Counted from the stretch's first letter, positions 31,294 through 41,216 are shown. The stretch: DNA of 64,000 nucleotides from Leptospira sp. (GCA_034439575.1 JAWXAQ010000016.1:299500-363499); one strand, 5' to 3'. Numbers and translations: made by a program. The notes: generated from the letters alone by a model not told the origin.

Positions 31294-31500
31294 TTATTCA
31301 AAAAATAATTTCATTCGCGATAGGTTTTCTAGAATTGCTTTGAACGCACGATCTCGTTCTTCCACACCTGGAAAAGGTAAAGTTTTTATATTGTTTAGGT
31401 CTTGGTAGATAATTTCAATGTTTGGCTGAGTTGAATTCTTTTTTATGGAAGCAATATAGTCCAGATTTATAACTTCAGATTCCCCTAATTTTAACCACAT
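31294..31500 (-). CDS. Small hypothetical protein (68 aa)
   Basis: MWLKL..E.INLD.I.SI beta-rich pattern; 3 nt upstream of the NTase gene on the same strand. Confidence 0.7.
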   Translation of the reverse strand: MWLKLGESEVINLDYIASIKKNSTQPNIEIIYQDLNNIKTLPFPGVEERDRAFKAILENLSRMKLFFE

Positions 31501-31601
31501 TTGATTGGTACCGATTTCTTCTCAAAACTATGGGGACTGTATCATTTGCCTAATCTTTTTCTAATTATTTTTGCCAAATTATAAGTCTTTAGACCCTTAT
31601 A

Positions 31602-32153
31602 ATGATGGTCACTACGCTTAGATTTGAAGGATTTATTTATCAAAGTGGGCAATTTCGTTTGCCTCGCTCATGCAAAGCAGTGAACGAATTGGACTACGAT
31701 GTCAGCCGAAATACCAGCTTTCTAATTCCAAAAGTCTATTATTTAAGATTTTTCAAAGGCAAAAAAAACCTAAATGCGGTAGTTAAATATTTATTAGAAG
31801 AAAGTAGCTCCACAATACTTTTTGGTTTAAAATGTGAAATGAAAAGGACCTCTGCTGTTTCTTATCAAGATCAGGGTTTGGATTTGGTAAAAGTTTCGTG
31901 TCGGATTGAAGAAAGCTTATTGATTGAACTGGAAGCAATGTCCAATTATTTTCGGATGTCTAAATGCCGATTGCTTTCGGTTATGATGAGGCTGAAAAGA
32001 TTGGGATGGTTACGGTTGGTCCGTCGATTTGGAATTATAAGAGATACCACAAAATTCGCTTCATTAACATACGCTTTAACCATTAACCCCAAAGCATACC
32101 CTAGACCTCAATATACATCTCAAATAATCGAAATTTTGAAAGATTCGTCTTAA
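31602..32153 (+). CDS. DUF1564-like Leptospira protein (ribbon-helix-helix-like)
   Basis: YQ..G..L..VS.R..E....EL...S....MSKC.L pattern. Confidence 0.65.
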   Translation: MMVTTLRFEGFIYQSGQFRLPRSCKAVNELDYDVSRNTSFLIPKVYYLRFFKGKKNLNAVVKYLLEESSSTILFGLKCEMKRTSAVSYQDQGLDLVKVSCRIEESLLIELEAMSNYFRMSKCRLLSVMMRLKRLGWLRLVRRFGIIRDTTKFASLTYALTINPKAYPRPQYTSQIIEILKDSS

Positions 32154-32169
32154 TTAAATAAACTATAAT

Positions 32170-32730
32170 TTAAAATAGTATCAAACTTTCTTTAACATGT
32201 GTATGGAAATTTTGAGATATTACTTCTGTTCCAATATTTTTTTGATTTTCAATTTCAGTTTCAATGACTATCAAATATCCGTTGTGGATAGTTTCCCACC
32301 GGCAATAGCTACTCTCAATTTTGGTCGTTGATTTCTGGATAACAACTGTTATAATTTTTGATTGCCAATTAAAATAAAAAACTTTTGAATCAGAATTAGT
32401 TTGAAGATATGGAAAATTGTATTTATTTTCTTGATTTGTTGAAGAAATTTTAACCCAATTAAGTAGTGTTTGATTATCCTTATATGATATTTTATAAGAA
32501 ATTCCATTTCCGTAAAGATTATTAGATTCAATCAATGTAAAAGGTGTTTTAGGTGACCATATTGAATCATATGTTACTCGAAGCACGGCCGGAGAAACTT
32601 CTTTAGATTTATTAATTTCTTTAATTTCAGTATTATCTTTATTAAATGTATTACAATCAAAGACTATAAAGATTGTTATTAAAATTACCTGGATTTGATA
32701 CTTAATGTGATATTTCAAATTGATCGCCAT
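32170..32730 (-). CDS. Hypothetical lipoprotein-like protein
   Basis: Hydrophobic leader ending FIVFDC; very AT-rich; overlaps the epmB 3' end, so the true start may be downstream. Confidence 0.55.
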   Translation of the reverse strand: MAINLKYHIKYQIQVILITIFIVFDCNTFNKDNTEIKEINKSKEVSPAVLRVTYDSIWSPKTPFTLIESNNLYGNGISYKISYKDNQTLLNWVKISSTNQENKYNFPYLQTNSDSKVFYFNWQSKIITVVIQKSTTKIESSYCRWETIHNGYLIVIETEIENQKNIGTEVISQNFHTHVKESLILF

Positions 32731-33766
32731 TGTAATTTTTCATTAGAAATCCCTTGTTTGTTTTTTGAACAAGATAATCTGGATTTAAGGTAACTTTTCC
32801 ACCTCCGCCAGTCAGATCTTTAACATATGTTGGTTGGCAAATACCTGATTGTTTGCCCCTAAGTGAATGTATTAATTCGATTCCTTTTGTAATAGGTACC
32901 ACAAACCCACTGCTGCCATATACTTCATCGCATTGATGTAAATAATATGGTTTTACTCCAGATTTTATAAGATCGTAATTTAACTTTTGAAGAATACTAC
33001 TATCGTCATTGATTCCTTTTAACAGTACAGATTGGTTTAGTAAAATCACGTTCCCTCTTTGAATTAATTTTCGAAGGGCGTCTTTTGCATCAGAAGTTAA
33101 TTCTTTCGGATGGTTAAAATGTGTTACTATGTAAATCGGGAAAAAACGCTTTAATAAATTGCAAAGAGCATCATCAATTCGCATGGGAAGAGTAACTGGA
33201 TAACGGGTATGAATCCTGATTTGATTGATATGTTTAATTTTGCTGAGTTCTTCCAAAATATATTCTAACTGAGTTGTATTTAATGAAAGTGGATCACCAC
33301 CAGAAAGTATCACTTCCTTGATTTCTGGCGTATTTTTAAAGTATTCCAAAGCGATTTCCCATTCTGAACGATTTGGAGTTTCGTCTGGTTTGGAAACTTT
33401 GCGTTTTCTCGTGCAAAATCGACAGTATACCGCACATACATGTGAGAGGTACCACAAAGCTCGATCCGGATACCTATGAGTCACACCTTTCACAGGCATA
33501 TTAGCCTGTTCTGCAAGTGGATCTTCTACTTCATTTTCCTTTCGAATGAGTTCTTCTGCTTGTGGTATCGCTTGTTTTCTTATTGGACAATTCAGATCAT
33601 TCGGATCAATCAGTGAAAGATAATAGGGAGTCACTGAGAAAGAGAAAATTTCTTTGGCCTGTTCAAAAGTGGCAATTTCTGAAGCAGTAAGCTTAATGCT
33701 GTTTTGTAAATCCTCTAGATGAACAATTCGATTCTGCAATTGCCATTTCCAATCGTTCCAGCTCAT
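32702..33766 (-). CDS. epmB: KamA-family radical SAM lysine 2,3-aminomutase (EF-P beta-lysylation)
   Basis: HRYPDR, CAVYCRFCTR (CX3CX2C), SGGDPL, NQSVLLKG.ND, PYYLHQ, GGGGK; divergent from efp. Confidence 0.9.
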   Translation of the reverse strand: MSWNDWKWQLQNRIVHLEDLQNSIKLTASEIATFEQAKEIFSFSVTPYYLSLIDPNDLNCPIRKQAIPQAEELIRKENEVEDPLAEQANMPVKGVTHRYPDRALWYLSHVCAVYCRFCTRKRKVSKPDETPNRSEWEIALEYFKNTPEIKEVILSGGDPLSLNTTQLEYILEELSKIKHINQIRIHTRYPVTLPMRIDDALCNLLKRFFPIYIVTHFNHPKELTSDAKDALRKLIQRGNVILLNQSVLLKGINDDSSILQKLNYDLIKSGVKPYYLHQCDEVYGSSGFVVPITKGIELIHSLRGKQSGICQPTYVKDLTGGGGKVTLNPDYLVQKTNKGFLMKNYNGDQFEISH

Positions 33767-33834
33767 AACTTATAACCATTGTTGGATTGACACTTCGGCA
33801 AGTCCCTCGGATTTTGTTTACGAGCATTGAAAAT

Positions 33835-34401
33835 ATGACATTAGGCATCACAGAAGTAAAAAAAGGGATGATTCTCAAAATTGAGAATGAACTCTATTCG
33901 GTCGTAAAATCTGAATTCGTAAATCCAGGCAAGGGTTCTGCATTCATTAGAACAAAATTGAAAAATATCATACGTGACTCTTCTATTGAGCGCACTTTTA
34001 AAGCTGCGGAAAAATTAGAGAGCGTAGATTTGGAAAAGCGTAAAATGCAATATTGTTACGCTGATGGAGATGATATCATTTTCATGGACGTAAATGATTA
34101 CGAACAAATCCCCGTTTCAAAAGACTATGTTGAAGACATTCTTCCATTTATGAAAGAAGAGACCCAAGTAGAAGTTTCTTTCTATGAAGATAAACCAATC
34201 GGCGTGATACCACCAAATTTCGCAATTTTAGAAGTCACATACGCGGAAGATGGGCTCAAAGGTGATACTACGGGTTTAGCATTAAAACGAGTAACTGTTG
34301 AAACAGGTGGGGAAGTAAATGTCCCAATTTTTATCAAACAAGGTGATTTTGTTAAGATAGATTTAAGAGATTTAACTTATGTAGAGAGGGTGAATAAGTA
34401 A
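33835..34401 (+). CDS. efp: Elongation factor P
   Basis: VNPGKGSAF loop with modifiable Lys, FMD...YEQ, KGDT, VP.FI..GD. Start at ATG 33835. Confidence 0.97.
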   Translation: MTLGITEVKKGMILKIENELYSVVKSEFVNPGKGSAFIRTKLKNIIRDSSIERTFKAAEKLESVDLEKRKMQYCYADGDDIIFMDVNDYEQIPVSKDYVEDILPFMKEETQVEVSFYEDKPIGVIPPNFAILEVTYAEDGLKGDTTGLALKRVTVETGGEVNVPIFIKQGDFVKIDLRDLTYVERVNK

Positions 34402-34403
34402 TC

Positions 34404-35033
34404 TTGGGTGACCAAGAATCTAAACGCGAGATAGTAAGGCTCGCAAAGATTTATTATGATCGGCAGTGGATGTTTGCCACTGCCGGCAATTTATCATTCC
34501 GATCTATAACCCCTGAACAATTTTGGATCACTGCCTCAGGCAAAAATAAGAACTCGCTAACAGACGATGATTTTGTTTGCATTGAAATCGCTTCGATGTC
34601 TCTCCTTAATTCAAAGTTTAACAATAAACCTTCGGCAGAAACTTCGATTCATCGCTCAATCTATAATTTTTTTCCTATTGCGAACTCAATATTGCATGTT
34701 CACACTCTGTCGTCTAACTTATTGAACTTTAATTTGTCCAAAGTTGAAAAATACCGACTTGTTCCAATTCCAAATATCGAAATTATAAAAGCATTTGGTA
34801 TATGGGATGAAAAACCCAATCTGGAAATGGCAGTATTCTATAATTTTGGTGAAGTAAATCAAATTGCAGAATCTATTAGTCAATTTTTAATCGAATGTCC
34901 AAATTATAAATTGCCGTTCGTTTTGGTAGAAGAGCATGGGCCCACTGTTTGGGGTCCTTCAATAGACATTACAAATCGATATTTAGAAGCGACAGCATTT
35001 CTGTTTGATATAATGAAAGAAATTCGCAAATGA
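34404..35033 (+). CDS. mtnB: Methylthioribulose-1-phosphate dehydratase (class II aldolase family)
   Basis: ATAGNLS, ITASG..K, KPSAET.IH, LHVH, HG..VWG. Confidence 0.85.
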   Translation: MGDQESKREIVRLAKIYYDRQWMFATAGNLSFRSITPEQFWITASGKNKNSLTDDDFVCIEIASMSLLNSKFNNKPSAETSIHRSIYNFFPIANSILHVHTLSSNLLNFNLSKVEKYRLVPIPNIEIIKAFGIWDEKPNLEMAVFYNFGEVNQIAESISQFLIECPNYKLPFVLVEEHGPTVWGPSIDITNRYLEATAFLFDIMKEIRK

Positions 35034-35764
35034 AAAAAACGATACTTGTATTTGGTGCAGGCTCAGGGCTAGGTGCAGGGATATTAAACAAAATTAACAA
35101 TAGTATTGCGAATGAAAATAAACTAAACTTTGATATATTTGGTTTTTCGCGAAGAGGGAGACTTTATGAAAATTCATTCAATAATTTTGAAAATAATCAA
35201 TTTGATCTAAGCCTCGAATCAAACTATACTCATTTCCAAAAATGTTTTGAATCTTATCACCAAAATTTAACAAGCGATAAAGAAAACAATCATCGTGAGC
35301 TTATCGTATACTTCGCGCAAGGCGATGGGTTGTTCAATTCGATAGAAAACATTTCAGATTCAGAATTAAAGAATCATTTTCAATTAAATTTATTTTCTAT
35401 ATTTAAACTTCTGAAAATTTTATATGCAAATATATCTAATTATCGACTTGTTACATTAATTTTTATTTCATCAACTGCTTCGAAAGTGGGATTTGCTGAT
35501 TCTACGGCCTATTGTGCTTCTAAACATGCTATTTCCGGTTTGGCAAAAGCGATCCGAGAAGAATGGAAAGAAAAGGGAGTAAAAGTCGTCAATGCGTATT
35601 TAGGTGCTGTCGACACTCCGATCTGGAATAATCGCCCTTATTTTAACAAAAATGATATGATTTCTTTGGACGATGTTTCTGAATTCCTTGCAAGTTTAAC
35701 TAACATACCACAAACTCTATATCTCGACGAAATTCATCTGACTCCGAGAAAGGGAATATTATAA
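35030..35764 (+). CDS. Short-chain dehydrogenase/reductase
   Basis: GAGSGLG, SST, YCASK. Confidence 0.85.
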   Translation: MKKTILVFGAGSGLGAGILNKINNSIANENKLNFDIFGFSRRGRLYENSFNNFENNQFDLSLESNYTHFQKCFESYHQNLTSDKENNHRELIVYFAQGDGLFNSIENISDSELKNHFQLNLFSIFKLLKILYANISNYRLVTLIFISSTASKVGFADSTAYCASKHAISGLAKAIREEWKEKGVKVVNAYLGAVDTPIWNNRPYFNKNDMISLDDVSEFLASLTNIPQTLYLDEIHLTPRKGIL

Positions 35765-35766
35765 AC

Positions 35767-36504
35767 ATGGAAGTACCAGAATCCATCATTCTTGTGACTG
35801 GCGGAAGTGGCGGTATAGGGCGGGAGATTGTTCGATCTTTAGTTCTCTCGGGTTTTTCCGTTTGGAACATAGATAAAGTGCGCCCCGATTCACCTGTTAT
35901 GCAAGAAACTTTCAGGGAAATTGATTTATCAGAACCCCTTTTCGTTTTGGAGAGAAACTTAACAAAGTTAATACAAGAATGCACACAAACTGGTGAAATT
36001 TATGGAATTGTACATTGTGCGGGATATGGAGGCCCCTATCATCAGATAACAGAAGTAAGCATTGATGAATGGCAGTCTATTTTCAGAGTGAATATAGACT
36101 CATTATTTCTCTTGTTAAAAATATTACTTCCGATTTTTAAAAAATCAAAGCATGGCAGAATCATTGCAATTGGATCTTCATTATCTATCATTGGGCAATC
36201 TTTGTCCGTCACATATTCGGCATCCAAACATGCGTTAGTCGGGTTAATAAAATCCATAGCAGATGAATGGGGCGAGTTTGGAATCACAGCAAATTGTATT
36301 AGTCCAGGTTATGTTGAAACAAAAATGGGGGTAAATGACTCTGAAATTTTAGGACACAGAGAAAAAATTATAAATAAAACACCGGTGAAACGAATTGCTG
36401 ATCCATCGGAAATATCTCGAGTTGTTAGTTTCCTTGTCCAAAGAGAGTCAAGTTATATCACGGGTGCCAACTGGACTGTTGATGGGGGCATAACAGCAAT
36501 CTAA
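35767..36504 (+). CDS. Short-chain dehydrogenase/reductase (FabG-like)
   Basis: TGGSGGIG, YSASK, N.ISPG.V.T, YITG....VDGG. Confidence 0.9.
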   Translation: MEVPESIILVTGGSGGIGREIVRSLVLSGFSVWNIDKVRPDSPVMQETFREIDLSEPLFVLERNLTKLIQECTQTGEIYGIVHCAGYGGPYHQITEVSIDEWQSIFRVNIDSLFLLLKILLPIFKKSKHGRIIAIGSSLSIIGQSLSVTYSASKHALVGLIKSIADEWGEFGITANCISPGYVETKMGVNDSEILGHREKIINKTPVKRIADPSEISRVVSFLVQRESSYITGANWTVDGGITAI

Positions 36505-36512
36505 TTCATATT

Positions 36513-38339
36513 ATGCGATTCAATCCTCCAAAAGATGCTTTTTTGTCTATAACTTCGAAGGAGATGCTAGGTAGAACTTCTGGCATTATCTTGCAGAAGG
36601 AAGGCCTTACTATTATGAAGGCAATAGAAATTCAAAGTACAAAAGAAAATTTTGATCATGGTCATCTTTTCGAACCTATCACTCAAAATTTTGATAAACT
36701 AAAAATAGCTCATGATATAGCCTTAGATCAAATTTGGGAATTAATTGACTATGGAATTGTTACACAAGTATTTGATCTCAGGTTAGATGAAGTAAATAAT
36801 GAACTATACATTAGGCCCTTTTTGGTATCTAATCAAGACGGACTATTTACTCTCGAGGAATCATTTCATAAATTATTATCAAAATCCGTCTCCAAAATCA
36901 AAAGATACATTATAGATAAAAAGCCACTAACAGAAGAATTGTGGCGCCTAATTCTAATTAAAATATCGGATCCAGAATATTTAAAAAATTTCGGTGAGCA
37001 AGATGAACTAGATCGTTGGTTAGACTTAAAAAAATTTCCGTTCCCTCCATCAAAGGAAATGGTCAATTCTGCTAGAAATTTGATTACCGAAGAATTAAAT
37101 CGTGATCCAAAACTTATGATCCTTCCCAAAATTGGATTTTACTCTTTTCTGGATTCCCAAGCATTCAATTTTTTACAAATTTCGATGGAAATATTTTTGG
37201 CCAAAATTGAACCATTATTGAAAAATTTGGACTTGGCTTTAAAAGATCGCTTAGACGAATTCAGTCGCCTTGAAAAAGAATCCTTAGCGTCTAACAATGG
37301 TAATGAAATAATATCGATTCAAAAAAGATTAGAAATCTATCTGCCTTTTGAGAAGTTAATGAATGAGAAGGGCTATGATCTCTATCTTTCTGTACTAAAT
37401 AAACTATCAAAAGTTGCGGAGAAGACTATAGAGGCTGAAAAAAAACAAGAAATAGAAAAACTGCTATTGGTTTATCTTAAAATGTTGGAAAGCACTTTCG
37501 ATTTTGATTCTCGGCTTTTAAGATTAAATTTAGAAAAAGAAGATGAAAACCTTCAAATCATCATCGAACAATTAAAAAAGAACCCTAATGTCCTATCAGC
37601 TGAATGGCATGATGATACGACTAAGATTATAGTATTTTCCTTAAAAAATATTCAAAGTTTAAAAGATATTAATAAGCTAATTTATGAAAATCATAGATTT
37701 ACCACCGAATACATATTATACTTCAAATCCCTAATAGAATTTAATGAACCGGATATCAAGCCAATTTTTCAAGATGAAGAATTTGTTAAGTTTTATGGAA
37801 GAAATCTGCAAGCTGTGTATTTCAATTATATCCCTTGGTTTTATAAATTTTTTTATTATATTGGGATAACGCCAATTGTAAACATAGGTTATGCGAAAGC
37901 AAAGTCTATTATTGCTTATTCACAAATGGATCGGCAATTTAAATATAATAAACGTCGTGAAACTTATTTTAAGAAAAAAATTAGAGAAAGAGAAGAACGG
38001 TTGGAAAAAGAAAAAAAATTCCAACACAAAAGAATTCTCATTCAAGCCATTGAAGAAGCCTTCTTTACGAAAAAAACTTTGCCTACTATGGAATGGATTT
38101 GTGCAAATTATCCAATCTTTTCCATGTCTGTGATTGAAAAAATGATTCCTGATTTTGCATTTCAAAAGTTTCCAAATCGAGATTTTACAGATTCTACAAT
38201 ACTTACATTTCCCAATTCCCCTGAGTTTGAACTAAGAAATCAAAAACTAAAAGATCTTTTAAATCTTTGGATTCGAGGAGATGAACCTTTTCCGAAAGAT
38301 TTGATGCCTCGTTTAACGGAGATTAGAGCAAACATATAA
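36513..38339 (+). CDS. Hypothetical protein (608 aa)
   Basis: Long ORF continuing the efp run; no recognised motif. Confidence 0.75.
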   Translation: MRFNPPKDAFLSITSKEMLGRTSGIILQKEGLTIMKAIEIQSTKENFDHGHLFEPITQNFDKLKIAHDIALDQIWELIDYGIVTQVFDLRLDEVNNELYIRPFLVSNQDGLFTLEESFHKLLSKSVSKIKRYIIDKKPLTEELWRLILIKISDPEYLKNFGEQDELDRWLDLKKFPFPPSKEMVNSARNLITEELNRDPKLMILPKIGFYSFLDSQAFNFLQISMEIFLAKIEPLLKNLDLALKDRLDEFSRLEKESLASNNGNEIISIQKRLEIYLPFEKLMNEKGYDLYLSVLNKLSKVAEKTIEAEKKQEIEKLLLVYLKMLESTFDFDSRLLRLNLEKEDENLQIIIEQLKKNPNVLSAEWHDDTTKIIVFSLKNIQSLKDINKLIYENHRFTTEYILYFKSLIEFNEPDIKPIFQDEEFVKFYGRNLQAVYFNYIPWFYKFFYYIGITPIVNIGYAKAKSIIAYSQMDRQFKYNKRRETYFKKKIREREERLEKEKKFQHKRILIQAIEEAFFTKKTLPTMEWICANYPIFSMSVIEKMIPDFAFQKFPNRDFTDSTILTFPNSPEFELRNQKLKDLLNLWIRGDEPFPKDLMPRLTEIRANI

Positions 38340-38363
38340 TCTTAAGGACTTAGTCCAGACATT

Positions 38364-39320
38364 TTAGAACCAGCGCTTAATTCTAAAATACATGAGCATG
38401 CCTATCCCGGTTAAAATCATAAATCCCAATGACAAGTGATATCCATACTGCCAATTTAAGGTTGGGATATATTGAAAATTCATTCCATAAATGCCCGCAA
38501 TCAATGACATAGGTAACATAATAGCTGTCATAATGGTTAGAATTTTCATGATTTCATTGGTTCGTCTACTCGATAAAGCGATATGTGCTTCCAATGCAGA
38601 TGAAATAGACTCAATATTACTATCCACAAGTTCTAATATTCTAATGGAGTGATCTCTCACGTCTCGAAAAAATGCATCTGCCTCATCACTGAAAAAATTG
38701 CTCTTTATTTTTTCTACATCTTCAAGAACTTCTTTGTTCTGGTTTATTCCTTTTTTCATATTTTGCAAATTTCCGCGAAGGCTATAGACATTTGCGATAT
38801 CTAATGTTTTCGCATTGGTAAAAATTTGTTCTTCAAAATGTTCGATTCTTTCTTCAATTTTTTGAGCAATGAGTAAAGTATGATCAGTTTCAATATCCAA
38901 AATTTTATGAACTATAAATTCATATCCACGAGAGAGTAATTTATGATTGACTTTCCAATCTTCAATTAAATCACCGATACTAGGCCGATAATCTAATGTT
39001 AGACTAATGATCTGATTTTCTGTAAGTATAAAATTAAAGTTCTTCGGAATCAAAATATTTTTTTCGAATTGGAAACCCTTGAATATAAAAAATATATAAT
39101 TTGGAAATTTTTCTAATTTTATCCTACTGTTCGGATTTAAAATGTCTTCAATGGTTAAAGGGTGAATTTTGTGTTTTTCAAGTAGTAAGGTTAGCTGGTC
39201 CTCGTTTTCGGCAGTCACATGGATCCAGTGTTTCCCTTGTTTTGCGAGGGGCAATGGTTTATCTAGTACGACTTCTTCTTTGGTGGTAGGGCTTAATATA
39301 TAGTTAAATATTCCTGGCAT
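38364..39320 (-). CDS. corA: CorA-family magnesium transporter
   Basis: HPLTIED, RDV.DH, TNEIMKILT, GIYGMNF..P.L.W..GY. Confidence 0.93.
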   Translation of the reverse strand: MPGIFNYILSPTTKEEVVLDKPLPLAKQGKHWIHVTAENEDQLTLLLEKHKIHPLTIEDILNPNSRIKLEKFPNYIFFIFKGFQFEKNILIPKNFNFILTENQIISLTLDYRPSIGDLIEDWKVNHKLLSRGYEFIVHKILDIETDHTLLIAQKIEERIEHFEEQIFTNAKTLDIANVYSLRGNLQNMKKGINQNKEVLEDVEKIKSNFFSDEADAFFRDVRDHSIRILELVDSNIESISSALEAHIALSSRRTNEIMKILTIMTAIMLPMSLIAGIYGMNFQYIPTLNWQYGYHLSLGFMILTGIGMLMYFRIKRWF

Positions 39321-39324
39321 AGTT

Positions 39325-41037
39325 TTAAATTTTTAAGAAAAAAATATCCTGTAGTTTTTTTTGTGATTCATTTGGTTCATCGATAAAGGAAAGTTTTTTG
39401 TTTTTATAGCAAAATCCGACCTCTAACATAATTTCTTTGGTGTGTCCAAATCGAGAAATTAAAAAGTGAACCCTTTCTTTGGGTTGAAGCATTTTTTCAG
39501 CACGATCAAACATTGATTTGTTGATCCGTTTTCCGTTCATCGCGATAAGTTCATCATCTAACTGTAAGTCGAATGAAGTTTCATCATCAGAAAATAGGAT
39601 TTTATTAACATATAAATTCCCATTTTTCTCCTTAACTTTGAATTTCAGATCCGGTGAAATATCTGATTCAATTCTAAATAAGCCAATAGATTCAAGATAA
39701 TCATCAACCGGTATTTTGATAGGTTTAATTAGATATGGGTCAAATTCTGTTTTCAAATCTATTCCTGTAGCTTCTTTGGCTGTATCAAAAAATTCCTGTT
39801 TGGTGAATCCTCTATTCTTTTGAATATGATACTTTGTGTATAAGAGTTGCATGATATCACGAAAAGATTTATTTCCTTCAGACTTACGTAAAATATAAAG
39901 GATCATACATAAAATTAAAACGGCACCTTTCGTATAATAAGAGACGGTCAAATTATGACTATTTCCATTTCTTTTATAGTATTTTGTCCAAGCCGTGAAT
40001 GATGAATCTTCTAAACTCATTAAATTTTCGGCAATTGTTTCATCCAAAGAAAAGATATCACTTTGTAGGCGAACGACAAACTCATCTTTAGATAAAAAGT
40101 TTGATTGATATAAAAAATATATATCGTAGAAACTTGTCGCTCCTTCAGCAATCCAAAGTTCCTTAGTTAAGTTGGGATTTTGATAATCAAACGGTCCAAG
40201 TGCAATAGGCCTTATCCGTTTAATATTCCAAAGGTGAAAGTATTCGTGCGATAAAAGTTCTAATAATTTCTTATATTCTTCCTCATCGTTAATAAGCTCA
40301 GGGCTAAAAAAATTTATACTACTCGCTTTGTGTTCTAAACCTCCATATGAAGGTTGAGATAAATTGACAACAAACAGATAATAATCGTTTGGTGAATTTC
40401 CCATCCATGAAATTTGTTTGCTGGTGATGATTTTTAAATCATTCGCCAGTTTCTCCTTAAAATTATAAGGGATATTTCCTTCGACGACCATTTCATGTTG
40501 GCAATTTTCCGTTTCAAAAAGGATTGAATTTTGATTTGATAAGTGAATGGGGGAATCATACAATTCATCGATATTAATTGCAAAGAATTCGTTTTCATTC
40601 GCTGTTTTTTTCAAAGAAGTATAAATATTGCTAAAAAACTCATTCACATCGAATTTAATTGTTATCTGTGTATCTAATTTATTTTCTAAATATAAGAATA
40701 ATGCGGGTGGATTTATAAATCCAAAATCTTTGACAAGATAATTTGTCCTTACCGTATAATCTTCAAAGGCATAGATTATATATCTGATTTTTATGTTAGG
40801 TGATTCATTTTTTATCTTCCATTTATGTAAATGAACCTGCTCCCAATTTAAGTCTTTCCCAGTGATCGAATCTTTAGCCGAGAATTGGTGCAAATGAGTT
40901 GAATAATCCCTAATCATATAAGAGCCCGGAGTCCAAGTGGGCATAAGGAGATTTGTATATTCACCTATGGCTTGTAAGTTTAGAGTGACTTCATAATAAT
41001 GTTTGTGAATATCTAGGATCTGGACTGAGTAGTGCAA
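39325..41037 (-). CDS. M61 family glycyl aminopeptidase with C-terminal PDZ
   Basis: MP.WTPGSY..RD, GGLEH, HEYFHLWN.KRIRP, LW.AEG.TSFY, SYY.KG. Confidence 0.92.
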   Translation of the reverse strand: MHYSVQILDIHKHYYEVTLNLQAIGEYTNLLMPTWTPGSYMIRDYSTHLHQFSAKDSITGKDLNWEQVHLHKWKIKNESPNIKIRYIIYAFEDYTVRTNYLVKDFGFINPPALFLYLENKLDTQITIKFDVNEFFSNIYTSLKKTANENEFFAINIDELYDSPIHLSNQNSILFETENCQHEMVVEGNIPYNFKEKLANDLKIITSKQISWMGNSPNDYYLFVVNLSQPSYGGLEHKASSINFFSPELINDEEEYKKLLELLSHEYFHLWNIKRIRPIALGPFDYQNPNLTKELWIAEGATSFYDIYFLYQSNFLSKDEFVVRLQSDIFSLDETIAENLMSLEDSSFTAWTKYYKRNGNSHNLTVSYYTKGAVLILCMILYILRKSEGNKSFRDIMQLLYTKYHIQKNRGFTKQEFFDTAKEATGIDLKTEFDPYLIKPIKIPVDDYLESIGLFRIESDISPDLKFKVKEKNGNLYVNKILFSDDETSFDLQLDDELIAMNGKRINKSMFDRAEKMLQPKERVHFLISRFGHTKEIMLEVGFCYKNKKLSFIDEPNESQKKLQDIFFLKI

Positions 41038-41094
41038 TTTGGAACCTTATAATATAGAGTCTTTCTATTTTTCCCTTTTTTGCCAAATGTTTTC

Positions 41095-41123
41095 TTGACA
41101 CTATTTCAGCGCAGTACTAGAAA
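41095..41123 (+). promoter_or_regulatory. Putative sigma70 promoter for an unannotated small transcript
   Basis: TTGACA (41095-41100), 17-nt spacer, TAGAAA (41118-41123). No long + strand gene follows. Confidence 0.5.
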
Positions 41124-41159
41124 AGGTTAGCTAAGGTATGAGCAAAGGAGGTGGTCCAT

Positions 41160-41216
41160 TTGGATAGTAGTTGTTACAACACAAGATTTTTGACCCGCGA
41201 GGTGGCTGGGCAATAA
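41160..41216 (+). CDS. Candidate small ORF, 18 aa (MDSSCYNTRFLTREVAGQ)
   Basis: TTG start 8 nt after the GGAGG core of AAAGGAGGTGGTCCA (41144-41158); TAA at 41214-41216. Confidence 0.5.
   Translation: MDSSCYNTRFLTREVAGQ

Noticed and set aside
33787-33834. ORF-track TTG start of efp
   Set aside because: The TTG is part of a TTGACA -35-like box; EF-P similarity begins at ATG 33835.
41144-41158. Possible 16S rRNA gene fragment on the minus strand
   Set aside because: Complementarity stops after 15 nt and no other rRNA sequence flanks it; it is better explained as an extended SD-like element.
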